From a virus (Duplodnaviria > Caudoviricetes): a stretch of DNA of 64,000 bases. The translations under genes were made by a program, and so were the position numbers. Every line of letters begins with the position of its first letter. Position 1 is the stretch's first letter. Of the stretch, positions 38,902 to 48,703 are shown piece after piece. The DNA lies in the IMG/VR virus record IMGVR_UViG_3300048606_000120, positions 45,518-109,517 of that record; one strand, given 5' to 3'. The notes beneath the pieces are model-generated. The model did not search any database. It was not told where the DNA came from and saw only the letters and a program-made list of their open reading frames with translations.

Positions 38902-39114
38902 GGACTGGTCGGCCGGCACACTAGATCGTCTTCCGCCCCACGAGCCGCTGGGAAGGACGCCGAAGAAGCTGAGCAGCCAGAGCAAGAAGAGCAGCAGCAG
39001 GACGACTAACGCGATTCGTTGGAACGGTTGGGGGAGAGGGATCAACGTGATGATCCAATACACGATGCCGCAGATGATCACGGCGATGAGCAGTTGAACG
39101 AGCATTGCGAACAT
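38398..39114 (-). CDS. small two-TM membrane protein (Thivi_2564-like N-terminus); 3' end uncertain
   Basis: LLIAVIICGIVYWIITLIPLPQPFQRIALVVLLLLFLLWLL; no stop before running antisense into dnaB. Confidence 0.5.
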   Translation of the reverse strand: MFAMLVQLLIAVIICGIVYWIITLIPLPQPFQRIALVVLLLLFLLWLLSFFGVLPSGSWGGRRSSVPADQSSIATIHLPRARTDRRGICDVAVVSSRLEPGVVGHFFAAADLADLTAPPEPNRPVRPAFALLQADELDRVIGNVLELRVAVHAEDQIGHLDERADAFDRLASRSLIGAPLDVFQPQLDEQRPMYAVFPMHVLLTIQGVGDRVGILISEDAIPQVHNDLVAAAFGDVAL

Positions 39115-39155
39115 AGCCAGATCATCTGCTTGCCGATCAGCGAGGAGCAACATCG

Positions 39156-40106
39156 ATGACTTTTCGCGATCGAGTTGACGTGGAGAAGCTATTGCAGGCA
39201 CTCGGCGTGAAGTACGAGCGACGCGGGCGCAAGTTGCAGGCGTTGTGTCCCAATCCAGATCACCAGGACTCGAGTCCGTCTTGGGCGATCGTCGACTCGC
39301 CAGGCGCGTCGACGCACGCAGGGCACCACTGTTTTAGTTGCAAGTTTGGCGGCGGGCCGTGGGAGCTCGTGATGGCCGTTCGCGGCGTCGACGAAGCCGA
39401 GGCGTTCGCCTTCATGGGCGAGCTCGTGTCAGGCGTTGCGCGCCCCCAAGAGGGTGTGCCGCAGCTCGTGATCAAGCCGCCAGCGGCGCGTGTGGAGTAC
39501 GTGTTGCCGCGGGGAGTTCAGATCCCGTCGATTGACGGATCGAGCTGGCCCGAGCCGTTCGCGAAGTACCTCGAAGTGCGGGGCGTCACCCAGGAGCAGA
39601 TCGATCGCTGGAGCATCGGGTTCGCGAAGTGGGGTCCGCTCGCTTGGAGGGTGGTGATCCCCGTTCATACACGCGGGCGTTTGGTGGCACATGTAGCCCG
39701 GTCGATTTTTAGGGACGGTTCGAAGCGCTACGACATGCCTACCAAGGGTCGAGCGTCGCCGACAATGGCAGTGTTCGGCGAGCCGCTGATTGATCCTGAG
39801 CTTGGGGTTTTGACCATCGCAGAAGGTTCGTTCTCGATGCTTGCCCTCGAGCGAGCGGGTGCGCCGAATCCTGTTGCGCTGCTCGGCAGCGATTGGTCGC
39901 CGGCGAAGGCCGCGATCCTGACAGCTGTGCAGTGGTCGCATGTGATCGTTGCGACGGATCCCGACATGGCAGGCGACAAAGTCGCTCGGGCCATTTCAGC
40001 GTCCTTTCGAAAAGCGAAAATATCTCGACTGCGGATGGACCAAAGTCCGGATGATTGCGAACTGGGTGTTTTGCGAGCAAGGACCCGAGAAGTTCTCGCA
40101 GCGTGA
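39156..40106 (+). CDS. DNA primase (CHC2 zinc finger plus TOPRIM)
   Basis: CPNPDH..HCFSC; AEG, ATDPDMAG. Confidence 0.88.
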   Translation: MTFRDRVDVEKLLQALGVKYERRGRKLQALCPNPDHQDSSPSWAIVDSPGASTHAGHHCFSCKFGGGPWELVMAVRGVDEAEAFAFMGELVSGVARPQEGVPQLVIKPPAARVEYVLPRGVQIPSIDGSSWPEPFAKYLEVRGVTQEQIDRWSIGFAKWGPLAWRVVIPVHTRGRLVAHVARSIFRDGSKRYDMPTKGRASPTMAVFGEPLIDPELGVLTIAEGSFSMLALERAGAPNPVALLGSDWSPAKAAILTAVQWSHVIVATDPDMAGDKVARAISASFRKAKISRLRMDQSPDDCELGVLRARTREVLAA

Positions 40107-40134
40107 AAAATAACCGTTGTTTGCAGGCGCTCCG

Positions 40135-40160
40135 GAGTTGTAACCTCGAGGTCACAACTC
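40135..40160. promoter_or_regulatory. conserved palindrome copy 7 (one mismatch)
   Basis: GAGTTGTAACCTCGAGGTCACAACTC, intergenic, upstream of -10-like TACCAT (40173). Confidence 0.8.
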
Positions 40161-40229
40161 GGACGGCTGCAGTACCATCCCGCATACGGGACACGTCGAC
40201 GCAGGGCATAGCCCCAAAGGACGACTGCA

Positions 40230-43088
40230 ATGACGAGCACAAGCCCAACCGAGGGCATGAACCCCGAGCAATCCCAAGCGGTCCTGCACGATCACACTCC
40301 GCTGCTCGTAGCAGCAGTTGCTGGGTGCGGGAAAACGAGGGCTCTCACGCATCGAGTCGTTCAGCTCGTGGCGAGCGGAGCAGAGCCAGGCCGCATACTC
40401 GCTGTCACTTTCTCGGTGAAAGCCGCGCGCGAGATGAACGATCGTTTGCAGCGGCTCGACTGCGAAGGTGTGCGAGTCGGGACGTTCCATTCGCTTGCGC
40501 TGCAGATCGTGCGCGAAGAGTGGTCGGAGTGCCGCAGCTGGACGATCGACGACTCCGAGCGTTACCGCATCTGTGTGAAGGATGCGGTTTCGTTCCGCTA
40601 CATGGATTGGAAGTCAGCGGACGTCACTTACTTGATGAGCTATATCAGCCGCTGCAAGGCAGCGGGCGCCTATCCGGCAGATGCGAAAGCTTTGGTTATC
40701 GCGACCGAGATGTACCGCAAGCGTCCCACTGCGGGGCGTGAACCAACTCTGTGCAGGCAGGCTTACGAAACAGCTGAGATCGTACGGCACGAGCGGCAGC
40801 TGCTGACTTTCGATGACATGCTGCTCGACGCTTGGGCTCGATTGTCGACTGACGAAGCAGCTCGCACGCGGTGGGCGCAGCGGTGGGATCACGTGCTGCA
40901 AGATGAGGCACAAGACGAGAATTTCGTGCAGCACGAGCTTGGCGCCATGCTCGCCCGAGACCACCGCAGCTACACAATAGTGGGCGATCCGGCACAGTGT
41001 CATCCAGCTGGGACGCAGATCGAGATTGCTGACGGTGTGACGGTGCCGATCGAAGGGCTTCAGGACGGCGATCTGATTCGCGGTTGGAATCAGAACTCCC
41101 AGAAGATGATCGGCGGGAGACGCGTGCAAGTCGCGGTTCGTCAGTTTAGCGGTCGGTTGCGCGACGTGTTCGTAGCGGGCCGAGTGGTGCCGGTCACACC
41201 GAATCACAAGTTCGTTGCACGATGGACGACGCGGGAGTCAGGGGTGTTGGTCACGTACCTCATGCGTCGCGAGGGATTCGGGTACAGAGTCGGATGGTGC
41301 AAGCTGTTCGCTCACGGCGGCGAAGGGCCGATCCCCTTCCATTTGGCAACGCGAGCTCGCATCGAGAAGGCCGATGGAGTTTGGATTCTGAAGGTGCATC
41401 AGACACGTACTGACGCGAGTGTGTACGAGAGCATTGTTGCTGCAATGTACGGCTTGCCGACAGCGACGTTCGAACCTGTTCATGGGACTGAGCATCAGAC
41501 TGCAGATGCGATTGCTCGCATCTTCGAGGCTGTTGCTGACGAAAATCGAGAGCGCGGTGAGCGGTGTTTGGCAGTGCACGGCCTCGATTCGCAGTTGCCG
41601 TTGTACCCATGGCCGAATCGAGAGGCAGCTGGCCCTCAAGGGCGACGCACTATCTTCCAAGTGCATGCGGCGAACCTTTTGCCTGATTTGATGTGCGTGC
41701 CGCTTCCTGATCGAGTGGGTGCATGGTCGCCTGTCGAAGGAGTGCGCCCTCGTTCGGTTGAGAGCGTAGCCGTCTACTCTCTTCAGGTCGCTGAGGATGA
41801 GACGTATGCGGCGAACGGCATCGTCGTGCACAACAGCATCTTCCAATTCCGAGGCGCAAACCCGCAGTCGATGCTGAAGTTCGAGCAAGAGTGGGGCGCT
41901 CGTGTCGTGCGCATGGGACTCAACTATCGCAGTTGCGACAGCATCATCGAGATCGCCAACAAGACTCTCGACGCGATGCCGCCGGCGACCCATTTGGGCG
42001 TGAAGATGATCGCGACTCGAGGTGAGCCGGGCCGTGTCAGTGCTGTTGTGTATGAGGACTTCGATGCCGAGGGCGAGGGGGTCACCGAGAAGATCCTGGA
42101 GCTGCACGAGGACGGCAGGAAGTGGTCTGACTGCGTCGTGCTGTTTCGGACTAACGCTCAGAGCCGCGGCGTCGAGGAGTCGCTGCTCGGTGCGCGAGTG
42201 CCGTACCAGGTGATTGGCGGAACGAACTTCTACGACCGGCGAGAAGTGAAAGACTTGCTCGCTTACCTGCGGGTCGCAGCGGGGCGAGGCGAGTTTGACG
42301 ATGTGCGGCGATCGATCAACACGCCGTTTCGGTACTTGGGTAAGGCGTTCTTGGATGGGCTGGAGCGAGTGATTTCCAGCGCAACGCCTGAGCAGATCCC
42401 TGGGATTGTTCGAGCCTACGTGATGGATCCTGCCACTCGGTTGCAGCAGCGGCAGCGCACGTCGGCGATTGTCTGGTGTGAGCTCATCAATGGGGTTTCG
42501 GCGGCCATCGCGGCAGGCGCAGCTGAGAACGAACTCGGGGGCATCGTCGAGACGTCCGCAACGTGTGTGGAAGCGTCGCCCGCTCGGCTTCTCGAGAACC
42601 TCGTAGCTGACTTGCGGTATTCCGAGTGGTTGACGCGCGACGAAGGCACCGAAAGCCCGGAGAATAACCGGGTGTCGAATGTGCGTGAGCTCATCCGAGC
42701 AGCAGGGCGGTTTCCGACCGTTCCAGAGCTGCTCGACTACGTCGACGACACGCTCGAGCGAGCGGCCAGGGCAAAGCGTGAGGCGCGTTCGAGCGACGTC
42801 GTTACGCTCTGTTCGATCCACAGGTCAAAGGGCCTCGAGTGGCCGATCGTTTTCGTGCTGGGCGTGAACGACAAGATCCTGCCGCACGCGATGGCGGAGG
42901 ATCCCGATGAAGAGCGGCGGCTCTTTTACGTGGCGTGCACTCGGGCTCGCGATGTTCTCGAGCTTTCGTGCGTGGCTAAAGCGGCGGTCAGCAATCGGGT
43001 CCTCGACCTCGAGCCGTCTCGCTTCTTGGCGGAGGTCGGGATCAAGCTCGGCGTAGCAGCGAACGTCGTGCCAAAGGAGATCGGCTAA
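40230..43088 (+). CDS. uvrD: UvrD/PcrA SF1 helicase with intein
   Basis: AGCGKT, DEAQD, GDPAQ/SIFQFRGA, NYRS, HRSKGLEW, EERRLFYVACTRAR. Confidence 0.95.
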   Translation: MTSTSPTEGMNPEQSQAVLHDHTPLLVAAVAGCGKTRALTHRVVQLVASGAEPGRILAVTFSVKAAREMNDRLQRLDCEGVRVGTFHSLALQIVREEWSECRSWTIDDSERYRICVKDAVSFRYMDWKSADVTYLMSYISRCKAAGAYPADAKALVIATEMYRKRPTAGREPTLCRQAYETAEIVRHERQLLTFDDMLLDAWARLSTDEAARTRWAQRWDHVLQDEAQDENFVQHELGAMLARDHRSYTIVGDPAQCHPAGTQIEIADGVTVPIEGLQDGDLIRGWNQNSQKMIGGRRVQVAVRQFSGRLRDVFVAGRVVPVTPNHKFVARWTTRESGVLVTYLMRREGFGYRVGWCKLFAHGGEGPIPFHLATRARIEKADGVWILKVHQTRTDASVYESIVAAMYGLPTATFEPVHGTEHQTADAIARIFEAVADENRERGERCLAVHGLDSQLPLYPWPNREAAGPQGRRTIFQVHAANLLPDLMCVPLPDRVGAWSPVEGVRPRSVESVAVYSLQVAEDETYAANGIVVHNSIFQFRGANPQSMLKFEQEWGARVVRMGLNYRSCDSIIEIANKTLDAMPPATHLGVKMIATRGEPGRVSAVVYEDFDAEGEGVTEKILELHEDGRKWSDCVVLFRTNAQSRGVEESLLGARVPYQVIGGTNFYDRREVKDLLAYLRVAAGRGEFDDVRRSINTPFRYLGKAFLDGLERVISSATPEQIPGIVRAYVMDPATRLQQRQRTSAIVWCELINGVSAAIAAGAAENELGGIVETSATCVEASPARLLENLVADLRYSEWLTRDEGTESPENNRVSNVRELIRAAGRFPTVPELLDYVDDTLERAARAKREARSSDVVTLCSIHRSKGLEWPIVFVLGVNDKILPHAMAEDPDEERRLFYVACTRARDVLELSCVAKAAVSNRVLDLEPSRFLAEVGIKLGVAANVVPKEIG
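40998..41834 (+). mobile_element. intein (279 aa) in UvrD motif III
   Basis: Starts CHPAGT, block B TPNHKF, ends VVHN followed by Ser; removal restores GDPAQSIFQFRGA. Confidence 0.95.
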
Positions 43089-43090
43089 AA

Positions 43091-43993
43091 ATGAGGATGC
43101 GAGTCCGTCGAGCAGTTTCTCCCGATCAGCTTACTTTGCCCATCGTCGGAGAGCTGGCGGAACGACCGTTTGCTGGTCGCATGCGAGTTCGGCGCGATGT
43201 TCAACTGCTGGAGTTGCTGCCGAAGCAGTCGCCCGCGAACGATTCGCCGAAGAAGAGTTGGAAAGGGGATCTGCATGCTGTGAAGCAAGGCAAGCTGCAG
43301 TTTGCGGTGTTGGCCAAGCGGCATCGCGCACTCATGTGCGCGATAGCTCGACCGTGGCTAGGCAGGTGTCCGCCGAACGTGGGTCTAGAAGATTTGGCTC
43401 AAGAGATCTTGCTCGAGGTCTGGCAGGCGATCGAAGTTTGGGATTCGGAGCGAGGTACGCCTTTGCTCAACTATGTTCGGGGGCGGATTCGTCATCGCAT
43501 GCTCGCTTTCACTCACAAGTTGATTCGCGGCAGCGAGAAGGACGGGCGATATCTTCTGCAGCAGATCATCGAGGAGAAGGTGGTCAAGGTTTACGGCGCA
43601 GGCGAGCATCCCGAGCAGTTGGATTTCGTGCCTGTCACGCTACCAGTGGACGACGATTGTGACGTCGCGCAGCTGGCGGCGTTAGTTGTCGGAGGATTAC
43701 CTTCCAAGCAGGCGCGTGTGGTTGCAGGGTTGCTCACTGGTGAACAAACCGACTCAGTCACCGAACGCGTCTATGGTAGTAAATGTAAGCTGCAACGAAA
43801 AGCTGCACTTCGTGCGTTCGCAGCGGCAACTGCTCTCGTACACTCTTCTGGAGAGCCAGAAGAAAATGGTCAAAGGACGAAAGAAACTCATGCGCACCAA
43901 AGCACCACCTGCTCCCGCAGCAAAGAAAACTTCTCGGCCGCCGGCAGCAGTCGCCAGCAAGCCACCTGCGCCTCTCACCTTGGTCAAGGGTAA
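43091..43993 (+). CDS. sigma-70 family sigma factor
   Basis: EDLAQE..VWQAIEVWDSERG.PL.NY...I region 2; degenerate region 4. Confidence 0.75.
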   Translation: MRMRVRRAVSPDQLTLPIVGELAERPFAGRMRVRRDVQLLELLPKQSPANDSPKKSWKGDLHAVKQGKLQFAVLAKRHRALMCAIARPWLGRCPPNVGLEDLAQEILLEVWQAIEVWDSERGTPLLNYVRGRIRHRMLAFTHKLIRGSEKDGRYLLQQIIEEKVVKVYGAGEHPEQLDFVPVTLPVDDDCDVAQLAALVVGGLPSKQARVVAGLLTGEQTDSVTERVYGSKCKLQRKAALRAFAAATALVHSSGEPEENGQRTKETHAHQSTTCSRSKENFSAAGSSRQQATCASHLGQG

Positions 43994-45008
43994 TCGGACC
44001 ATGGTCCTTGCTGACGGCAAGACTCGGGCGAACCCAGAGGTGATGCGCAAGGCGGCGAAGGTTCTTGGGGTAAAACTGCCGAGCGTTCGTGGGGCGAAGT
44101 CTGATCAAGAGTTGCTGGGAAACCTGCGATTGGAAGTCAGCAAGCGGGTTGCGAAGCTGGATGTAGGCGATCACGTCAAGTGTGGCGTCTGCGGCGAAGT
44201 GGCGACCGACGACACGCCGTACTGCCCGTTTTGCGGCGATGAAGGCACCACCGAAGAGGCAGCTGCAGCGGCAACCGGAGCAGCGATCGTGCCTGCCGCT
44301 GTGGGGGTGGGAATCGCCAAAACTCCTGTGCCGACCGCGAACGTCGAGGTCGCAACTGTGGTGCTCGCTCAGGACTTGGATGCTCTGCTCGAGAAGATCC
44401 GAGAGCTGAAGCACGCGCAAGTCAGCATGTCGTATGAGATCGGCGTGCTCTGCAGAGAGATTCGCGACAAGCAGCTTTACAAAGCGCGTGAGTACAAGAG
44501 CTTCAGTGCGTTCGCTGCCAAGGAGCTGCCCTTCGCGCGTGAATCTGCGTTGAGCCTGATCGCGATCGTCGAAAAGCACACGAAGGAGGATTACGACCGG
44601 ATCGGCTACGCCAAGCTGCGGGTCATATTGGCCGTGAATGACGATGCGGCCAAGACTGAGCTGCTCAGCGCGGCTCGCGAGGGCGCTACCACGAAGCAGC
44701 TGACCGAGCGTGCAGCGCGAGCCAGCACGCCGCCGAAGAGGCTGTCATCCGGGCCCGAGAAGGAGAAGGGCGAGAAGATCACCCTCCTCGGCAGGATCGG
44801 CGCGCGCAATCAGGTGGTGCGCTTCCACGATCTGAAGACTCAAGAAGTCATCGAGTCGGTTGGCACGTTCAAAAACGTCTCGGCTGATGTTTACGGCGAG
44901 CTCGAGATCGCTGACGGTGTGTTCGTGCAGATCGGTTTGCGCGTGAGCGACGAGAAGGAGCTCAAGGGTTTGACGGTTCGGTTTGTCCGACCGACCGCTG
45001 ACGAGTGA
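43866..45008 (+). CDS. putative DNA-binding protein (zinc ribbon plus DUF3102-like domain)
   Basis: CGVC..CPFC; EIG..REIRDKQLYK..YKSF..F...EL. Confidence 0.6.
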   Translation: MVKGRKKLMRTKAPPAPAAKKTSRPPAAVASKPPAPLTLVKGNRTMVLADGKTRANPEVMRKAAKVLGVKLPSVRGAKSDQELLGNLRLEVSKRVAKLDVGDHVKCGVCGEVATDDTPYCPFCGDEGTTEEAAAAATGAAIVPAAVGVGIAKTPVPTANVEVATVVLAQDLDALLEKIRELKHAQVSMSYEIGVLCREIRDKQLYKAREYKSFSAFAAKELPFARESALSLIAIVEKHTKEDYDRIGYAKLRVILAVNDDAAKTELLSAAREGATTKQLTERAARASTPPKRLSSGPEKEKGEKITLLGRIGARNQVVRFHDLKTQEVIESVGTFKNVSADVYGELEIADGVFVQIGLRVSDEKELKGLTVRFVRPTADE

Positions 45009-45019
45009 ACTACGTCTGA

Positions 45020-47761
45020 GTGGATCTCGTATCTGGCTGGTCTGACGACACGCACGTCTATCTCGTAGAGCGACCTGACGGCGGCGACGCGGTGAAGGTT
45101 CGAAGGATGCGGGCCAAGTGGTCTGCATTCTTCACCGGGCTCGACGACAAAGACCGTCTCGCACTGCAGCGGACGCGCGAGGTCATTGGACTGTCGACGC
45201 AGGGGCAGTACACCCGGGTCGACTTCCGAAACAAGTGGGCTCGCAAAGACATTTGCTGGAAGTTGGGTCAAGCGATCGAAGGAGCGCGCGCCGCCGGCGC
45301 TCTCGACGCTGCGATCCTCGAAGCAGACGTGAACCCGCTGCGTCGGTTTTTGAGCGACTACGGCACAGCGAACGTGTCGACGAGTCCTCGCTGCGCTTGG
45401 TTCGACCTGGAGACTGACAGCCGGCGGTCATTCCTCGATGCGACCGAGCACGGCACTGCAAGGATCCTGTGCTGGTCGATTGCGACGTTGGTAGACGGCG
45501 AGTCGCGCATGGTGGCGAGCGGGTTGCTCGAGGCAGACACAGACGAAGCCGAGCGTCGCTTGATCGAAGATTTTCTCGACGCGTGCCGCAGCTATGACGT
45601 GCTACTTGCGTGGTCTGGCGACGGGTTCGATTTTCCTGTGCTTGCGCTGCGCGCCGACAAGCTTCGAGCGAAGCAAGCGGGCATGCGGCCCTTGTGGAAC
45701 AGGTGGTGCTGGCTCGACTGCCTCGAGGTGTTCAAAAAGTACCACGCTCATGTGCACGAGTCGGGCGAGGAAAAGACGAGCTTCAAGCTCAACAACATCG
45801 CTCAGGTCCTGTGCGGCGAGGGCAAAAAGGAGTTCGCGGTCTCGCGCACCTGGGAGTCATGGGCTGCTGGTGGAGAGGAGCGACAGCGCCTGTTGCTCTA
45901 CAACCAGCAGGACACTCTGCTTATGCCGAAGATCGAGGCTCGAACTGGGTACGTAGCCCTGCACGTCGCTGTGTGCTCGGTCACTCGGTGCTTCCCAGAT
46001 AGCCGCTCGCTGATGGCGAGCCAGCAAGGGGATGGCTTCTTGCTGCGTCTCGGCGAGATTCACGGGCATCGCTGGCCGACGAAAAAGGGCGTGGAGAATG
46101 TAGAGCAGTACTCGGGCGCCTATGTGATGGAGCCGTCGAGGACCGGCATCATCGAGAACGTCCACGTCGCAGACTTCGCTGCGCTGTACCCGTCGATCAT
46201 GCGTAGTTGGAACATCAGCCCAGAGACGGCGCTGTGGCAGCGCCAGCCTGATCCGCAGGAGGGTAGCTGTCGGCTGCCATACTCTGATCTTGTGCGCTTC
46301 TCGAAGGCAGCTCGGGGCATGTTTCCGCGGGCGCTTGATGATCTCGTTGTGAAGCGAGCCGAGTACTCTCGTCGGCAAGATGCGGCCGAGCCAGGCTCGG
46401 ACGAGTGGGAGCGGTACAAGCGGTTGTCGGGGGCCTACAAGATCGTCGCCAACTCGTTCTACGGGATCATGGGCAGTCCCTACGCCCGGTTCTTCAGTTC
46501 CACTGCTGCTGAGGCGGTGACGCAGACGGGGGCATGGTTGATCAAGCGAGTCGCAGCAGCGAGCAAGGAGAAGGGGCTCGATGCGTTCTACGGCGACACA
46601 GATTCTTGCTTTGTGAGCGGCGACAGTGGGCAGTTCGCCGAAGTTGTGCGAGGGCTGAACGAGTCATGGCGGCCGCTGTTGACCGAGCTCGGCTGCGACG
46701 ACTGTCACATCAAGCTTGAGTTCGAGAAGTCATTCAATCGGATCGTGCTCGTCAGTGCGAAGCGCTACATCGGGCGCTTCTCGATTTACAAAGGCAAGCA
46801 GGTTTCCGGCAAGAAGGTCGAAGTCAAAGGTCTCGAGTACAAGCGCGGCGACACAATGCGCTTCGCGCGCACGATGCAGAAGGAGTTGATCGACTTGCTC
46901 CTAGGGGATGAGGTGCCATCGCTCGACGTGGTGCGCGAGTTCGTCGCGGGCTGGAAGGATCGTGTTCTGAACGGCGTGCTGACGGTGGAGGACATCGTGC
47001 TGAGTCAGAGCGTCAAGGGGCTCGACGAATACGCTGAGCGCTACACGGTGGCTCAGTGCTCGGGCTCTTCGGGCACTGGCAAGAAGAAGCGGAAGTGTGG
47101 CTACAACTTCGGATCGACGGTTGTGGTGGGCCCTGGCAAGTGTCCGCGGTGCGGTACCGAGCGCAAGCAAGCGTCGCCTCCTGTGCATGTTCGGGTTGCC
47201 AAGGTACTTGAAGAGCGCGGCGAAGAGATCCGCGCAGGCACTCGAATCGAGTACTTGATCGTGAGCGACGAGGGTGATCGCATCGATGCTGTTCCGGCTC
47301 GCGACGAAGGAGCTCTTGCCAAAATCAACCGGCACTACTACTGGAACTCGAGGATCTACCCGCCGACGGCGCGCGTGCTCGAGAGTGCATTTCCGAGTGA
47401 AGATTGGGTCGAAACCAAGGCTCAAAAGAAGGAGCGCCGAAAGCTCGCTGCGATCGAGAAGAACCGAGGTGTGTCGGGACCTTTGTTCGACTGGCTAGCT
47501 CGAACTGGCAGTGAGTCGAGTCGGGTCGTCATTACGATCGATCGCGACCTCGACGGCCAAATCGACATGGCTGCTCTCAAGAGCGTGTTGGTTGCTCGGC
47601 GTGGAGATCGGCCCGTCATGCTGAAGCTTGTCGATGCAAGCGGCGAACAGGAGTTGAACCTCATGCGCTACCCAGTGCAGCTTGACGACCAAACTATTTT
47701 GGAACTCGAGCGCATTTGTGGACGAGGTTCTGTGTCCTTCTCGACGTTGCGCGGCAACTAG
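45020..47761 (+). CDS. polB: family B DNA polymerase
   Basis: Exo DLETD, FDFP, YNQQD; pol DFAALYPS, KIVANSFYG, YGDTDS, KRY. Confidence 0.96.
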   Translation: MDLVSGWSDDTHVYLVERPDGGDAVKVRRMRAKWSAFFTGLDDKDRLALQRTREVIGLSTQGQYTRVDFRNKWARKDICWKLGQAIEGARAAGALDAAILEADVNPLRRFLSDYGTANVSTSPRCAWFDLETDSRRSFLDATEHGTARILCWSIATLVDGESRMVASGLLEADTDEAERRLIEDFLDACRSYDVLLAWSGDGFDFPVLALRADKLRAKQAGMRPLWNRWCWLDCLEVFKKYHAHVHESGEEKTSFKLNNIAQVLCGEGKKEFAVSRTWESWAAGGEERQRLLLYNQQDTLLMPKIEARTGYVALHVAVCSVTRCFPDSRSLMASQQGDGFLLRLGEIHGHRWPTKKGVENVEQYSGAYVMEPSRTGIIENVHVADFAALYPSIMRSWNISPETALWQRQPDPQEGSCRLPYSDLVRFSKAARGMFPRALDDLVVKRAEYSRRQDAAEPGSDEWERYKRLSGAYKIVANSFYGIMGSPYARFFSSTAAEAVTQTGAWLIKRVAAASKEKGLDAFYGDTDSCFVSGDSGQFAEVVRGLNESWRPLLTELGCDDCHIKLEFEKSFNRIVLVSAKRYIGRFSIYKGKQVSGKKVEVKGLEYKRGDTMRFARTMQKELIDLLLGDEVPSLDVVREFVAGWKDRVLNGVLTVEDIVLSQSVKGLDEYAERYTVAQCSGSSGTGKKKRKCGYNFGSTVVVGPGKCPRCGTERKQASPPVHVRVAKVLEERGEEIRAGTRIEYLIVSDEGDRIDAVPARDEGALAKINRHYYWNSRIYPPTARVLESAFPSEDWVETKAQKKERRKLAAIEKNRGVSGPLFDWLARTGSESSRVVITIDRDLDGQIDMAALKSVLVARRGDRPVMLKLVDASGEQELNLMRYPVQLDDQTILELERICGRGSVSFSTLRGN

Positions 47762-47767
47762 CTGTGC

Positions 47768-48400
47768 ATGATCCGCAGACGGAAGGTTTCAGGCAGCGCT
47801 GCTAATGCGCCAGATTCAGAAGCGACTCCCGACCCTGGAAGTGAGCGTTGGGCAGGCAATCCCGAAGAGCCGGCGGCGGCAGCAGTTGCTGACCCGGTAG
47901 CACAGAAGGACGACAGGCACCCGTTTCCGTGGGGCCTCGTTATCTCAGACGTCTTCAATCTGGAAGTTCACAAGCTGTTCAAGCAGCTCGAGCTGGAGCT
48001 GACGCTCGGCGATGGCGCCACCGAGTATGGGACTTTGCTGCATGCGGTCGACAAGAGCGCTCGCAACCTCTACGACGCAGCGCGCCTGTGTCGGAAAGCC
48101 AAGCTTGTCGACGAGCAGTTCGCAGAGGAGCTCGACAAGCGGCTCGAGGTGCTGCGTTCGTCGGCAGTGGCCGAGCTGGAGGAGGAGAAGCTAAAAGGCA
48201 TGCGCTCCAAAGCTCCGACGATCAAAGACATCGATGATCGGATGCTCAAGAACTGGCCAGATGAGTACGGCGCGATCAAGTCCAGGAAGGCCGAGATGCA
48301 CGGTGCTTTCCGTGCGCTGGAAGCGTTGGAAGGCGCCTGGCGTGATCGTTGCCAGTCGCTTCGGTCAATGGCTCAAGGGCACAGAACAGCGGGTGTTTGA
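47768..48400 (+). CDS. UvsY-like recombination mediator (putative)
   Basis: Long helical protein, T.K.ID..M...EY pattern; near SSB-like and RecA. Confidence 0.5.
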   Translation: MIRRRKVSGSAANAPDSEATPDPGSERWAGNPEEPAAAAVADPVAQKDDRHPFPWGLVISDVFNLEVHKLFKQLELELTLGDGATEYGTLLHAVDKSARNLYDAARLCRKAKLVDEQFAEELDKRLEVLRSSAVAELEEEKLKGMRSKAPTIKDIDDRMLKNWPDEYGAIKSRKAEMHGAFRALEALEGAWRDRCQSLRSMAQGHRTAGV

Positions 48401-48414
48401 GCGACAAAGGCACG

Positions 48415-48678
48415 ATGCGAATCAACGTCTACAGTCAGGAACTAACGAACGAAGTCAAACTCCTTGAAAAGGAGAGCAATACTGGGCTGGTTTACAGCGC
48501 GGTGCAGTTGATTTTGCATTCGTCTCCGACCCTCCATCATCCGCCTCAGGATGATGATCGGAGTGCGGTGACTATATGGCTACCGAAGAGCGTGCAGCGC
48601 CGGGAAGAACTGGCCGACACGCTTCGCAGGATGGCGGTCATGGTGTTGTCAGCGCGCAACGAAACTGGACTGGATTGA
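48415..48678 (+). CDS. conserved phage hypothetical protein
   Basis: MRINVYSQEL..DDD.SAVT.W. Confidence 0.65.
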   Translation: MRINVYSQELTNEVKLLEKESNTGLVYSAVQLILHSSPTLHHPPQDDDRSAVTIWLPKSVQRREELADTLRRMAVMVLSARNETGLD

Positions 48679-48703
48679 CTCGGACTACAAAAGCGAGGGC
48701 TGA

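Noticed and set aside
41238-42821. 527-aa minus-strand ORF and similar long shadow ORFs (22348-23601, 11954-13201, 49385-50452)
   Set aside because: Antisense or alternate-frame shadows of well-supported genes in high-GC DNA; no motifs
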